In this document: positions 13,706 through 25,867 of the stretch, piece after piece
How positions within the stretch are numbered: the stretch's first letter is position 1
Layout: each line of letters opens with the position of its first letter
Assembly: GCF_004010195.1 (NCBI RefSeq)
Contig: NC_057749.1
Coordinates: 23,167,246-23,231,245, forward strand
Source: Chiloscyllium plagiosum
Lineage: Eukaryota
Length of the DNA stretch: 64,000 nt
Reading direction: 5' to 3'
The notes under the pieces: model-generated
The model's database searches: none
The model's input: only the letters and a program-made list of their open reading frames with translations
Told to the model about the DNA's origin: nothing
Position numbers and translations under genes: made by a program

Positions 13706-14355
13706 TGGCTACCCATGTTGATAGTGCTGTTAAGAAGGCATACAGTGCATTAGGTTTCATTGGTAGAGGGATTGAGTTCCAGAGCTGTAATATCATGCTG
13801 CCACTGTACAAAACACTAGTGTCGCCACACTTGGAATATTGTGGATAGTTCTGCTCGCCCCATTATAGGAAGGATGTGGAAGCATTGGAAAATGTGCAGA
13901 GGAGATTTACCAGGATGTTGCCTGGTCTGGAGGGAAGGTCTTATGAGGAAAGGTTGAGGGACTTGAGTCTGTTCTTATTGGAGAGAAGAAGGCTAAGAGG
14001 AGATTTGATAGAGACATACAAGATGATCAGAGAATTAGATAGGGTGGACAGTGAGAGTCTTTTTCCTAGGATGATGACGTCGGCTTGTACGAGGGGGCAT
14101 AACTACAAATCGAGGGGTGATAGCTTAAAGACAGATGTCAGAGGCAGGTTCTTTACTCAGAGAGTGGTAAGGGTGTGGAATGCCCTGCCTGCCAATGTAG
14201 TTAACTCAGCCACATTAGGGAGATTTAAACAATCCTTAGAGAAGCACATGGATGATGGTAGGATAGTGTGGAAGGATGGGCTTAGATTAGTTCACAGGCC
14301 AGCACAACATCGAGGGATAAAAGGCCTGTTCTGCGCTGTATTGTTCTATGTTCTC
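13706..14355 (+). mobile_element. CR1 3' fragment (relatively young subfamily)
   Basis: LYKTLVSPHLEYC, VQRRFTRMLPGL, RGDLIETYK, FFTQRVVRVWNALP; tail TTCTATGTTCT. Confidence 0.9.
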
Positions 14356-14984
14356 TAACAGTACAAGCTGCAATCCATCTGACCCTGATAATTTATCCAC
14401 CGTCACTCCTGCTGGTATTTTCTTCCACTTTCTGTTTATTTTCTGAAGAATGGCAATCTCACATAATTTATGACCCCACCTTGTCTTTCTTTTAATGCAA
14501 TAAGGGAGCTCCAGATTTCTGACAGGAGATTCTGCTCAGGGTCTCCCTCAGAGATGTGGAGACACACTTCCATTCTGACAATCCTGAAATATATCACAAA
14601 AAGTCAAGCCAGAGCAAGATATTCTGTTCAACGGGCCAGCTCTCTCAACGTTGTTATCCATAGAACCCCTACAGTGTGGAAACAGGCCATTCAGCCCAAC
14701 AAGTCCACACCATCCCCCAAAGAGTACCCCACCAAGACCCATTCCCCCTAACTGATGTACCCAACCCACACATCCCTGAACACTACATGGTAACTTAGCA
14801 TGCCCAATTCACCTAACCTGCACATCTTTGGACTGTGGGAGGAAACCAGAGCACCTGGAGGAAACCCACGCAGACACAGCGAGAACATGCAAACTCCACA
14901 CAGACAGTTGCCTAAGACCAGAATCAAACCCGGGTTCCTGGCACTGTGAGGCAGCAGTGCTAACCACTGAGCCACCGTGCCTGA

Positions 14985-17070
14985 CTGGAAAAGATTATAT
15001 GAAGCTGTACCGCCTGCGGCTTTGCAGTTCAAGTAAGTCCTTTAGGTAATATTAAGAGACAGAGGGTAATTATGGTCTTGCCTAAAGGATAATAAAGACT
15101 TAGATTGCAGAAATTTCAGGGAGCCCAGAAGGAAAAATCAGATTGATACAATAATACAGTACTTGTAAATGAACTTATTGGTCGTACCTCAGCACTACAC
15201 TAGATGGATAGAAGGCAAAAATATGCAGCGTCATAGATTGAAGCAGTGGTTACTTCATTGAAGGAGATCTTTGCAACAAAATGGAATTCTGGACCTTGTT
15301 ACCTCAGTTACTGGACCACAGTTTGTCAATGAGTAGTTCAAGGTATTCACGGATCATATGGATTTGTCCAAATTACCATCTCACCAATGATGCCCATTGA
15401 CTGGTCTGCTCAGCATAGCAGTGGTAAATGAAATTCAACCTGGAAAAGTGTGAGGTAATTAATGCACTTGGGGATTAACAAGATAACAAGATAAGCAATT
15501 AACCGAATAAGGGTAGGACTCTGGAAAGCACTGAAGATCAGAGGGAATTTGGTGCGCATATCTACAGATTGCAGAGGATAAGTAGATAAAATGGTTAAGA
15601 AGGCATAAGAAGGTGTAAGTGCCTTTATTTGATTTATTTATTGTCTCATGTATCTTGTTACAAAAACAGTGAAAAATGTTAGCTGAGGCACAGAATACAA
15701 CAGCAGGGAGGTTTTGCTGAAAATACATAAAACACTGATTAGGACATAATTACATGCAGTTCTGGTCACTGCTTTATAAAGAAGGATGGAATTACACTTT
15801 CGATTTAACAACATGGTGACTGGCCTGAGATATGAGGAAAGATTGGATAGGCTGAGGTTGTTTCCCTGGAGCAGTGAAGGTTGAGATCAGACCTGATTGA
15901 GGTGTATACGATTAAGAGGGGTATAGGGCACAGATGGGTAAAAGGGCACTTTTTTCTTCAGCAGTAGGGTCAATGACTAGGGGGTATAGATTTAAGATAA
16001 GGGGTAAAAGGCTCAGAGGTGAAATTCTTTCACTCACTGGGAGACTGGAACTCACATTTGAGCAGTATGTGTTACAGTAGCCTCTAGGGCTATGGACCAA
16101 AGCTGGAAAATTGGATTAGTATAGTCAGATCTTTGTTGACTAGTGTGGATGACCACTCCCAGGAGGTTGACAGACTCCACTCTTTCCACCTCTGCACTGT
16201 TAATGTGTAGAGGGGCATGAGTAACATCCTGCTAAAAGTCAGTATTGAGTTCTTTGGTTTTGCCAGCATTGAGAGCTAGGTTGTTCTCAGTACATCATCT
16301 TTCCAAGTCTTCCATCTCTGTAGTCTGTCTCATCACCATCTGAGATTTGACTGACTATGGTGGTGTCATCAGGATAGAAAAGGCTGAATGGCCTCCTGCA
16401 AATTCTGATGAGTCTCTACCCACAAGCCAATGTAGAAGCTGAAAGAGGATTCATTACAGGGAAAGGATTGCTGAAGAAGAGTAATTCTGATCGATTGTCC
16501 AACTCCACTCCAGAAAACCTTAGTTCCATGTGAACCCTGCATTGTTGGAAGACTAGAAATTCAATTCCCTACTCTCTCGGGAGGCGTGTGGACAGGATGA
16601 TGACTTCAAACCGTGAGGGAGAAACGGGATGAGTGTCATTCCTATCAGATTCACAGCTATGACATATCCTACACATGAGAGAAAGTGAGGACTGCAGTTG
16701 CTGGAGAGTCAGAGTCAAAAAGTGTGGCGCTGGAAAAGCACAGCAGGTCAGGCAGCATCTGAGGAGCAGGAGAGTCTGAGGGCCAACAAACCTATGATTT
16801 TACCTTCTTCAAATCAAAAATGGTGCAATGTGGTGGAAGCAGACACACATTAGGTCCTACCCATAAGCAACCATCCAAATAGACAAAGCAGTCATCAGGA
16901 CTATCAAGCAGATGAGAAATACCGCATTGGTGAAGAGGTGCAGATGACGATCTGATTGCTGAACCAAAGTCAACTGTCAATTCTCCTTCTGCCCAGCAGA
17001 ATCCAACAGGCTACATGGAGGACTCAAATTCCCAATCTCTTCAAAAAAAGCTGAGGATAGTTAAAATTAT
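14985..17070 (+). mobile_element. Decayed Gypsy integrase, interrupted by CR1/Rex1 fragments (~15390-16410) and a PLE tail (~16677-16776)
   Basis: Frameshifted pieces read YTRWIE, AVVTSLKEIFAT, GPQFVNE, YGFVQITISP, then resume at ~16416 with YPQANVEAERG. Confidence 0.7.
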
Positions 17071-17454
17071 TAGAATAGAATCCCTACAGTGTGTGAGCAG
17101 GCCATTCGGCTCATCAAGTCCACACCAACTCTCCAAAGAGTAACCCACCCCACATAACCCTGCCAATTCCACAACTCCTCCACCTAGCCTGCAAGTCCCT
17201 GGACACTACATGGTAACTTAACATGACCGACCCACCTAAGCTGCCCATCTTTGGATTGCGGGAGGAAACCAGAGCACACACACACAGGCACAGGGAGAAT
17301 GTGCAAACTCTATACAGACAGTCGCCTAAGGCAGGAATCGAACCCAGATCCTTGTTGAGGTGAGGTAGCAGTGCCAACCACTGAGTCACTGCACTGTCCC
17401 AAATTGATTTGGGTAAATGAGTGAAACTGCTATCATTGTTGTCGCTGTATATAG

Positions 17455-17633
17455 GAAACTGAGTCAGAGACTTGGGGAGCATGTAGTATAACGGACTTGG
17501 GAGGAGGTATTGTATATAAGGGGATAACTTTGTCTATGAGATATGATAATACAACACAGCTTACATCATCATTGGGAGTGAGACACAGTGAGAAGACTTT
17601 GCTTCGGCAGCCTTGTGACAAGATGAAGCCACA
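17455..17633 (+). CDS. Candidate internal exon of an unidentified gene
   Basis: tatag|GAA...CA|gtaaga with an open frame ETESETWGACSITDLGGGIVYKG...RQPCDKMKP, in non-repeat sequence. Confidence 0.35.
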
Positions 17634-20327
17634 GTAAGATGTTTCTTAAATACAGTTAATTTATTCCTTATATCAGCAGACTCTGTAAATATTCTTTAGT
17701 AGTACTAGGAATAGTATGGAACTCACAGTATTTTCCTATGTCTGGAACATTGGGCCACAGCTGTCCATTGTAAAAAGCTCTTTTTTTTAAGGTTAACTTT
17801 TCAATGAATCTAATTATAAGTTTGATCCCAGTGGATTAAAGGATGACTGTACTGGAACTTTCATGCATTCTGTGTGAAGCAATCCTGTATTACATTCACT
17901 TAATTTGTTTAATTCTCCTAATGCCTGGAAATCTATCAATCACAGCTTCGAATGCAATTAGCTGAGAGTCCACAGTTCTCCATGATTGAGAAGTCCAAAG
18001 CTTGGCAACTCCATCAGCAAAGATTATGAAATTCGAGCACAGGAATTAAATCAGAGGAGAGACAACAAAGTAAAATGACATAATGATTGAAATAATTGAG
18101 GTGATGAATGGTTCATAAACTCGATAAAAAACATAGTGAATCAAAGCCGGTGTAATATATCATTGGTATACGACTGTGGAACGTTTGCCATTATAGGAAG
18201 GTTGTTGAACAAAAGAGAGAGAAGGAGCATAGATTCACCAGGATGTGGGCACATATGAGCAAATGCGAGGTGATTGGAAATTTGTGTTGTCTTTATTCAA
18301 CAAATGGCAGAGGCCTTGTTTACAAGTAAACATTCTGGATACATTTGGGAGTAAACCAGTAGATAACTGCAAGAGTCGAGGGGAAAGTGGCTTTGGATGA
18401 TTTCCAAGGGTTACCCCACGGAGCCCAAGTTGAACAGTCAAGTTGGAGAGTTGAGGGTGTCACCTTTGGGATTGATACTCTTATTCAGGCAGGTACAGGA
18501 GTTAGAATTAGTCCTTTAGATAATATCAAGAGACAGAGGGCAACTGCAGGTTTGCCTAAAGGACAGTAAAGATTTAGATGGCAGAAATTTAAGGGAGTCC
18601 AGAGGGAAGAATCAGATTGATACAGTAAGAAACTGAAATTAACATGTCGGTTGTACCTGAGGGATACAATACTGGTCGGACCAGTTAGCGTCATTTCTAA
18701 GTTTTATTGGTCCAGCAAACTTTGTTTTAATTGGTACCTTATGAACTGGCACTCTTGATAAACTGACAAAAAGTTATATACCCCCAAGACCGTAAAGTTT
18801 AATGTATTATTTTACTTTTTAAAATTTAATTACCTCAATGTAAGTATACTTGTTCAATTGAATGGCTACTTGAAATATCAACGATTGATTCAATTTCGAG
18901 TCAATTTCTTTCAAACACTGCAATGTTGGAATAGTCAGTTGAGGGTGTGAGTGAGAATGCTCTCTGCCGGTAAGTTTTAGTTAAAGCAAAGTTCCATTAT
19001 TATTAAGGTGTAAATCAAGTATAACAGTGGTGTGTATACCCCTGCATTACCTTCCATTACTAAGCATGGATTTTCACATTGATTATGCGGGCCTCTTGAT
19101 TATCCAGAACATTTGATCAATTCACACATTGCTGGTCCGATAGGTACTGGATAATAAAAAGTTTACTGCATTTCCTTTTGGGAGATTTATTAGAATAGAT
19201 CTACGGATAAGAGATTTTAATAATGTGTAATGTCTGAGGCACCTGGGATCTTATTTTCTCCTTGCAGCAGAGAAGGTTATGGAAGACTTAACAAAACCAT
19301 GCAAAAATCACGGATGGTTTTGAAAAATTGGATAGGAGCAAAAGTGATTAAAGGTTATATAACCAGAAAACACAGATGTTAAATAATCTGCCAAAGTACC
19401 AGAGGGGAGAAATGAGGAGATTTCATTTTTCCATCCACAGGAAAGGGAGGAAGATGCAGATTCCACAATAATTTGGAATGAGGTGAATTGGATCACCGCT
19501 TGAAGGGGAGAAATAACTGCAGGGTTGTGTGGCCAAAGCAGAAAACAAACTGGACAGCTCTTGCAGAGTGTGAAGTGGAAGTAACAACGATGGACTGAGG
19601 CAGGAAGGAGGAGAGTAAACTACCTGTGAGGCAAAACTGAAGATTGATACAAACACGTGATCAGAAGGGAGGAAATCGAGGGATGTTGGAATGTAATGGG
19701 AGAAGGATCCAAGAAGGGACTTAAAAAACTATAAATAGAGTCATACAGTCATAGATATGTACAGCATGGAGACAGACCCTTTGGTCCAACCCATCCATGC
19801 CGACCAGATATCCCAACCCAATCTAGTCTCATCTGCCAGTACCTGGCCCATGTCCCTCCAAACCCTTCCTATTTATAGACCCATCCAAATGCCTTTTAAA
19901 TGTTGCAATTGTACCAGCCTCCACCATTTCCTCTGGCAGCTCATTCCACACACGTACCAACATCTGCGGGAAAAGGTTGCCCCTTAGGTCCTTTTTATAT
20001 CTTTCCCCTCTCACCTTAAACCTATGCCCTCCAACTCTGGAATTCAACCAAGAGAGACAAGCAGTTTTTAAAAGGCAGGAAGTAAAATATAAATTTATAA
20101 TTTAATCCAAAAATATTATTTAAAATAAATTCAGATCGTTCTTTTGGTAAATGATTTTACAGATTATCACATGTGATGTCCTTTACAGAGGTTCAAGTAG
20201 TTAAAAAAAAACTCGCAGCTTTCCACCTGGGACTTTAACTTGTCTACAGAACAGCCCAAGCTATTTCCATAGCAATGATGTCTTCCTGTCAGCCATTTTT
20301 GATATCACACCTCACAGAGCTTGATCC

Positions 20328-23300
20328 TCAGTACATGTAGAGGTATTGTACAGCCTCAGCTGCTTTGAGTCGGACGCTTTTCACTGGATCAAACAGGAGA
20401 GTGTTGATCTCCTCACAAATGGGGTCGACGGAGAACGTGGAATAATCTGGCGCTGCATTGTACATGAGCAAACCTATCAAGGTGACAGCATTTTCTCTTA
20501 TCTCTGGTTGTACACTTTTGAAAAAGGCAGCACAGCTCGCTATGTAGAAGGTGACCTTGTCGGGCAATTCTTTGCTAATCTGCTTGGCGATCTCGCTTAA
20601 ATATGCCTCATAATCCAGTGCAGGTTCCTCCAGTGAGAGCTCTTGAAGCATAGTGCTTGGGCCCTCTGTTGCCATGATTGGTCCCATCGAATGCAGCACT
20701 GATTTGCAGGCTTTCCGCACATCCTGGCTGTCATCGTTGAGATGTAGCAACAAGCTGATCAGGGTTGAATGGAGGTGTTCCATTAATGCAGGGTCAGGCT
20801 GAACTTTGATGAATTGGATTATTTTCTCGTGGACTTTAAACGCAGTCGTTCTCAGTTGGTCCTGCTTGTGTTCAAAGAGAGGCTGGATTGTAAGTGCCAC
20901 ATCCACCAGAATAGAATCTGCAAGTCTTCCCTGCAGCTGATCTAGGATCTTTGAAATGCTTGACATTGCCTCAACTGTTATGAATTTGTTGGTTTCGGAG
21001 TACTTGTGTATCATTGCGATCATTGCAGACAACAATTTGATCGAATATTTTTCTACCTTCTGAGAGGCTCCAACATTTCCTAAACCTTTCAGAGCCAGAC
21101 ACTGGACAGTGGGAGACGTATCGATCAAGCTTCGAAGCAAGCTGGTCACGAGAGTGTCAGTGAGGGACAGTTCCAACATCACGGGGTGATTTAAGAGCTC
21201 TGCAAAGAAGGCAGCTATGGTGATCCGGTGTTTCTCATGGACATTAGCAAGGAAAGGGATGAGTTGCTCCACAATGCTGATCAGGTGAGGGACAGCACAT
21301 GTAGCCATTGCACTGGCCAGCAGCATAACTCCCTTGTGGTGCTTCTCTGGACTCTTTATGAGGCCCCAACTTCCCATCTTTGCAACATTTGAACCTTCGG
21401 TCTTTCCATGTTTCAGGAGGGCTTGCAGTATCTCAACAGCGTATTTAAAGACGTCATTGCCGCCAGGCTCGTCCAACTGGCTGAAGGTTTCCCAATCCTT
21501 TTGCATTCCTGGAAATTCGCTGGGGTACCAGATCTGCACACTGGAACTGAGATAAATTAGAATGGTGCAGAACAACTGTGGGTACAGGATGTTTATCACA
21601 CTTTCTGATTTTGGACTGCATATCATTGCATGTAGAGCACTCATAACAACAAATGGCTGTTGGGTTATTGATCGTGTTGTCTTTTGAACAAAGCGCTCTT
21701 TCCTATCGTCATACAGCAGTTTTAAGTTATCCAGCAGATACTTCACAGAAGTCTTTGCAACTACATTGTCATTCAGCAGAGATTGCCATACCTCACCATT
21801 GTACGTACGGAATGGAATTTGGTATTTGAGAAGAAAGGGCAAAATCATCAGCACATTCTGTGAAGCCAGAATCGAGATAATGTGCATCACCGCACGAATT
21901 ATCCGAGGTTCTGTGATGGATTGCAGCTGATCATACAAAACCTTGATTATCCCAGGGATGTCATTAAGGATGGCTCCACACTTCCTTATGAGAACGTTCA
22001 TAACAATAGAAGCCACAAACGAGCCATTTAACTGCTCGTCACTGAGTCCTTCCGAAAGACTGAAGAGTAGAGTGTCTACATGATTGTGAGGCATACATCT
22101 GGACAGGACTTTACCAATATCGGTGCACACACAATAGAGGGCATCACTGCTGGTGTCTTTTAATCCATCTTTGATAGCTTTCAGATGTTTCACCTCTTCA
22201 TCTGTCTGATTTCTAGGCAATCTTTCCAATTGTAACTGTATTTGAAGCAATAGATACAAACATTCAATGGCTTTTTCCCTCACAACTATTGATGGATCTG
22301 AACACCGAAGCACAATATATCCAATTACAGCGGCCAAGTTGTGAGATGGAGGTTTGTCATTAATGTCAGTTTCTTCCAGATAAAAGTTCAAGAGGTGTAA
22401 GGCCATCTCCAGTGATTTTTCTCGTTCATAGTTCTTTTTGGACTCAATCCAAAACATCATGTTCTTGAACAGAAACTGAAGACCGTCAGGTGACAAGCGG
22501 AAAATTAGAAATTGCTTCAGAAAATTCTCAAGTGATGCCAATGTCTCATTGTAAAGCTCCTGCTTCTTGGCTATGTTCATGTCCTTACTTTCATTGGCAT
22601 TGATGCCATTCATATATGGAAGGCTGAAAACACTATTCAAACACACTCTAACCAATTCTGTATGGTCACTTAATAAAGGCTCCACAATCACAAGAACTGC
22701 ACAAGCGTCTATGGCAGCCTTCCGAATGGACGTTCTCATGGTGTCCCTAGGCTCAGCCTTGATGAAGTCTTGCAGATAGCTCACCAGCTCAGCTTTCCTG
22801 GCCAACTTGTAGCTAGCTTCGTCTTTCACTGGTAGGATCACCTTGGCCATGAGGGTTATAGCCTTTATCAGACTCAACTTCATTGTTGTGTCCTTGACTT
22901 GAACCTTCATTCCCAAAATCTTCATGTTGAAATGGTTAAGGACATTTTGTAGAATGTCAGTCTCTAATCTTGGTAAGATGAGCTCCTTTTGCGAAAACCA
23001 TATTACATATCCATAGCTTAAAATGAGCGTGCTTTTCACTTTCATTACTTCAATGCTACCTTGGTCTTTCATTATCTGATAGAAGCTTGCAGTCTTCTTA
23101 AAAATATTCAGCCTTGAACAATTTTTCAACATAGTTAGGCTGATATCCAAGTGGATGTGGGAACACTGGCCAATTCCAATAGCTGCACCCTCCCTTTCTA
23201 AATCTTCACCATGACAGACAATCTGGAACATCTCATGAAGTTTCTTCTTCACCATTTCCTGGTTCTGGGTCAGTTGCAACACTATCCCCAAACACTTATA

Positions 23301-25340
23301 GAGAAACCCCTTCTGCTGTGGGGTAGGGTAAAATCTATAAAGGTATTTGCTCATCATTTCACTCAGCTGGACAATCCACACTTCATCTTCTATCTCCTCC
23401 AGCGTTTGGCACAAAACGTGTAACAATTTTTCTTCCCATTGATTCTGAAGCAGCTGATTCCCTGGAAATTCTTGAAGGTAATTCGTTAGAATTGGGAGTT
23501 CTTTGTCCCAGACCTTCACTGCCGCAGGATGAATGTTAATACCCAGGACTTGCAGTAAAGACAGAGCTGGGATTCCTTGACCATTCCCTTCATAAGGAGA
23601 TGAAGCCACGGTCAACAGCCGTGTGAGTAACGCCTGGCAATTTGGAAGGTTCACGTGCTCCTCATAATTTAGAACAAACTCTGTTGCTCCGGCTTCCTGT
23701 TTCTTCTTTCCAAGGTACACCAAGGAACCACAGACAAGAGCTAAGGCATTGGTGTACCTTACTGGGATCACAAACTCCAATAGCAATGGCCAGAGAAGAT
23801 TATCAATGTTCAGAGTTGTGGTCAGTTCTTCCACCAATTTTTCATACTGCCTCTTTACATCTCTGTCTATAATAACATTGCTGAAATCCTCTCTCCTTTC
23901 ACCGATGCTAATACCTTTCTTGTCCTCCACAGTGGGCAGTGCACACTGTTCAATTATAAACTCAATCAGTTCCACTCCCCTGTTCAGTTCCAGGTAACCT
24001 TGAGTGGCCATGGTGTGTATTACCTGAGCAAGTATTCCCTTCACTCTGTTACTTCTCATTGTCATCGGCAGCGCCAGACTCATCAGGATCTGACTCCTCT
24101 GACTTTCCAGGCATGAAGGGATGTTACTGATCAGGTAGTTCATTATCGCCAATGCTCCCAACAGAATCTGCTCATCGCTGATTTCCAATTCCAGGAAAAG
24201 GAATGTTAGTAACTGGTCAATGAAGGCTGGTGTTAAGAGTTTGAAGCAGCAAAGGAGTTTATTTCTTTGGGCTTCAGATAACGGGCTGGTGGGTTGATTC
24301 ATAGTAATACAGACCTGCTGATGTAAAATCATCAGTAGACAATCCAGATGCGCCACCAGCATTTTACTATCCCTTTCCATGGTAGTTTGCAATATGCCAC
24401 ACATGGCCTTAGTGACAGAAAGATCACTCACTGTTTTCTGGTACATGGATAAAATGGTTGGAATTAGTGCAGGTAGCTCATTCTCCACTTTGTCGTTAGG
24501 AAGCAGATAGGAAATCTGGCCAATTGCTTCAACCACCGCCACGTTCACCTTGGATTCCTTCACTTTCAACCAGTAATGGAAAAAAACGTCATAAGCAGCA
24601 GAAAACTCATTGTAGAAGGCATTCTTCCTCAGCGGAGGGTGTGGGGTCTTCTCTGAGTCTGAAATGTAAGTGAGGATGCTCTTGCTGAAAAGACTGAAGG
24701 CATAGCAGAACACCCACTTTATTCGTTCGCATGTCTCGATTTGCAGCATGAAGAGAATTTTTTCCATCAAAGGTTTCAGCAATGGGACAATGCAATACAC
24801 GTTCTCACAACTTAAGTTTGCAAGTGTTAGTATCACGTAAAAATTAGCTGGGATCTGTCGATGGATCATTGTCTGCAGCTCAGTGAAAACTTCAGTGGGG
24901 AAACTACAGCCCAGAATAAGCAGGAGGTTACTGGCAGTTTCCCTGTGTCCATCAGTAACGTTTGATAATTTGGTCATTTCTGTCAAAGCCAAAGAGATGA
25001 GCTTTTTTGACAGTGGCCGACCTAAGTGTACAGAGCTGTCCTTGGCTATCACGAAGATGCTCTTCAGTAGAGTGATGCGCTGGAACAATGGCAAACATTG
25101 GTGCTCGGTTAGAAACTTGCGAAGGAAAAGTAGAACTCTTTTTCTTTTGGTGTGGCCCAGTTCCTGTAAGGAATCGATCACTCTCAGCCTAACCAGCTCA
25201 CTGCTATCAGAACACAAGCCCAGGATCACACGCATCCAAGATTCCAACCTCATAATCACTAGTTTCTTTCTATAAGAAACACACTCACAAACCAAAGTGT
25301 GCACACACCTCACTGCTGAATGTATTTCTGAAATGCTCAT
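20328..25340 (-). CDS. MROH1-like: Intronless maestro HEAT-like repeat protein (MROH1-family), 1670 aa; 1641 aa if started at Met30 (25253)
   Basis: Uninterrupted 5013-bp ORF, Leu/Ile-rich and helical. Segments such as LISLALTEMTK, VILTLANLS, PLRKNAFYNEFSAAYDVFFHYWL, AVVEAIGQISYLLP, LWPLLLEFVIPVRYTNAL, RITIAAFFAELL and LLLHLNDDSQDVRKACK match MROH1 as I recall it, colinearly from N- to C-terminus. Exact paralogue (MROH1 vs MROH2-type) not resolved. Confidence 0.9.
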   Translation of the reverse strand: MSISEIHSAVRCVHTLVCECVSYRKKLVIMRLESWMRVILGLCSDSSELVRLRVIDSLQELGHTKRKRVLLFLRKFLTEHQCLPLFQRITLLKSIFVIAKDSSVHLGRPLSKKLISLALTEMTKLSNVTDGHRETASNLLLILGCSFPTEVFTELQTMIHRQIPANFYVILTLANLSCENVYCIVPLLKPLMEKILFMLQIETCERIKWVFCYAFSLFSKSILTYISDSEKTPHPPLRKNAFYNEFSAAYDVFFHYWLKVKESKVNVAVVEAIGQISYLLPNDKVENELPALIPTILSMYQKTVSDLSVTKAMCGILQTTMERDSKMLVAHLDCLLMILHQQVCITMNQPTSPLSEAQRNKLLCCFKLLTPAFIDQLLTFLFLELEISDEQILLGALAIMNYLISNIPSCLESQRSQILMSLALPMTMRSNRVKGILAQVIHTMATQGYLELNRGVELIEFIIEQCALPTVEDKKGISIGERREDFSNVIIDRDVKRQYEKLVEELTTTLNIDNLLWPLLLEFVIPVRYTNALALVCGSLVYLGKKKQEAGATEFVLNYEEHVNLPNCQALLTRLLTVASSPYEGNGQGIPALSLLQVLGINIHPAAVKVWDKELPILTNYLQEFPGNQLLQNQWEEKLLHVLCQTLEEIEDEVWIVQLSEMMSKYLYRFYPTPQQKGFLYKCLGIVLQLTQNQEMVKKKLHEMFQIVCHGEDLEREGAAIGIGQCSHIHLDISLTMLKNCSRLNIFKKTASFYQIMKDQGSIEVMKVKSTLILSYGYVIWFSQKELILPRLETDILQNVLNHFNMKILGMKVQVKDTTMKLSLIKAITLMAKVILPVKDEASYKLARKAELVSYLQDFIKAEPRDTMRTSIRKAAIDACAVLVIVEPLLSDHTELVRVCLNSVFSLPYMNGINANESKDMNIAKKQELYNETLASLENFLKQFLIFRLSPDGLQFLFKNMMFWIESKKNYEREKSLEMALHLLNFYLEETDINDKPPSHNLAAVIGYIVLRCSDPSIVVREKAIECLYLLLQIQLQLERLPRNQTDEEVKHLKAIKDGLKDTSSDALYCVCTDIGKVLSRCMPHNHVDTLLFSLSEGLSDEQLNGSFVASIVMNVLIRKCGAILNDIPGIIKVLYDQLQSITEPRIIRAVMHIISILASQNVLMILPFLLKYQIPFRTYNGEVWQSLLNDNVVAKTSVKYLLDNLKLLYDDRKERFVQKTTRSITQQPFVVMSALHAMICSPKSESVINILYPQLFCTILIYLSSSVQIWYPSEFPGMQKDWETFSQLDEPGGNDVFKYAVEILQALLKHGKTEGSNVAKMGSWGLIKSPEKHHKGVMLLASAMATCAVPHLISIVEQLIPFLANVHEKHRITIAAFFAELLNHPVMLELSLTDTLVTSLLRSLIDTSPTVQCLALKGLGNVGASQKVEKYSIKLLSAMIAMIHKYSETNKFITVEAMSSISKILDQLQGRLADSILVDVALTIQPLFEHKQDQLRTTAFKVHEKIIQFIKVQPDPALMEHLHSTLISLLLHLNDDSQDVRKACKSVLHSMGPIMATEGPSTMLQELSLEEPALDYEAYLSEIAKQISKELPDKVTFYIASCAAFFKSVQPEIRENAVTLIGLLMYNAAPDYSTFSVDPICEEINTLLFDPVKSVRLKAAEAVQYLYMY

Positions 25341-25843
25341 CGAATTCTTCGGCTACTTCTAAATAATTGCCATTGTTTAATTATTTTATCAACTGTGGCT
25401 GTAGAATTTTCGAAGAATCAATGTTTTGTTTATTTCCTGAATCCTTTTCAAAGCCAAATTTCCAATGTGCTTCCTAATAGTAATGATCACCTTTGCTATG
25501 AAAGAATTTGGGAATTGAATTAATTACAAATCGCAATTCTGATGTTATAAAATGGTTAGACTGGCAGATTTTTTTTCCATCTTGATGAATTATTTGCATC
25601 TCTTTCAGTTCAATATTTGAACTTGTGATGATTTCTTCTTAAGCAAGAAGTATATTTACCTATGGATTGTGACTTTCCTCGAGATTTAGTTCAAGAGAGA
25701 TTAAATCTGCTGGGGAGCGTTTTGGGATGGAATCTCCAGGCGATAAACATGCGCCCGTATCACACATCAAGTCTTCAAAAGACTGCTCCTGTTTTGTTGT
25801 TAGCCGAAACACATCTCCTACTGGGGGAGATTCTGCAATAAGG

Positions 25844-25867
25844 TTAGGGTTAGGGTTAGGGTTAGGG
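25844..25867 (+). repeat. Short interstitial telomeric repeat (TTAGGG)4 with degenerate flanks
   Basis: Sequence TAAGG TTAGGG TTAGGG TTAGGG TTAGGG TTAAGA TTAGG. Confidence 0.9.

Noticed and set aside
20048..20327. Poly(A) tail and TSD marking the retrogene insertion
   Set aside because: Only a possible ATTAAA signal (20106-20101, minus strand) is visible; no tail or TSD can be identified, so retroposition is inferred from intron absence alone.
20346..25275. Plus-strand ORFs overlapping the MROH-like gene
   Set aside because: Short antisense shadow ORFs expected opposite a long coding sequence.
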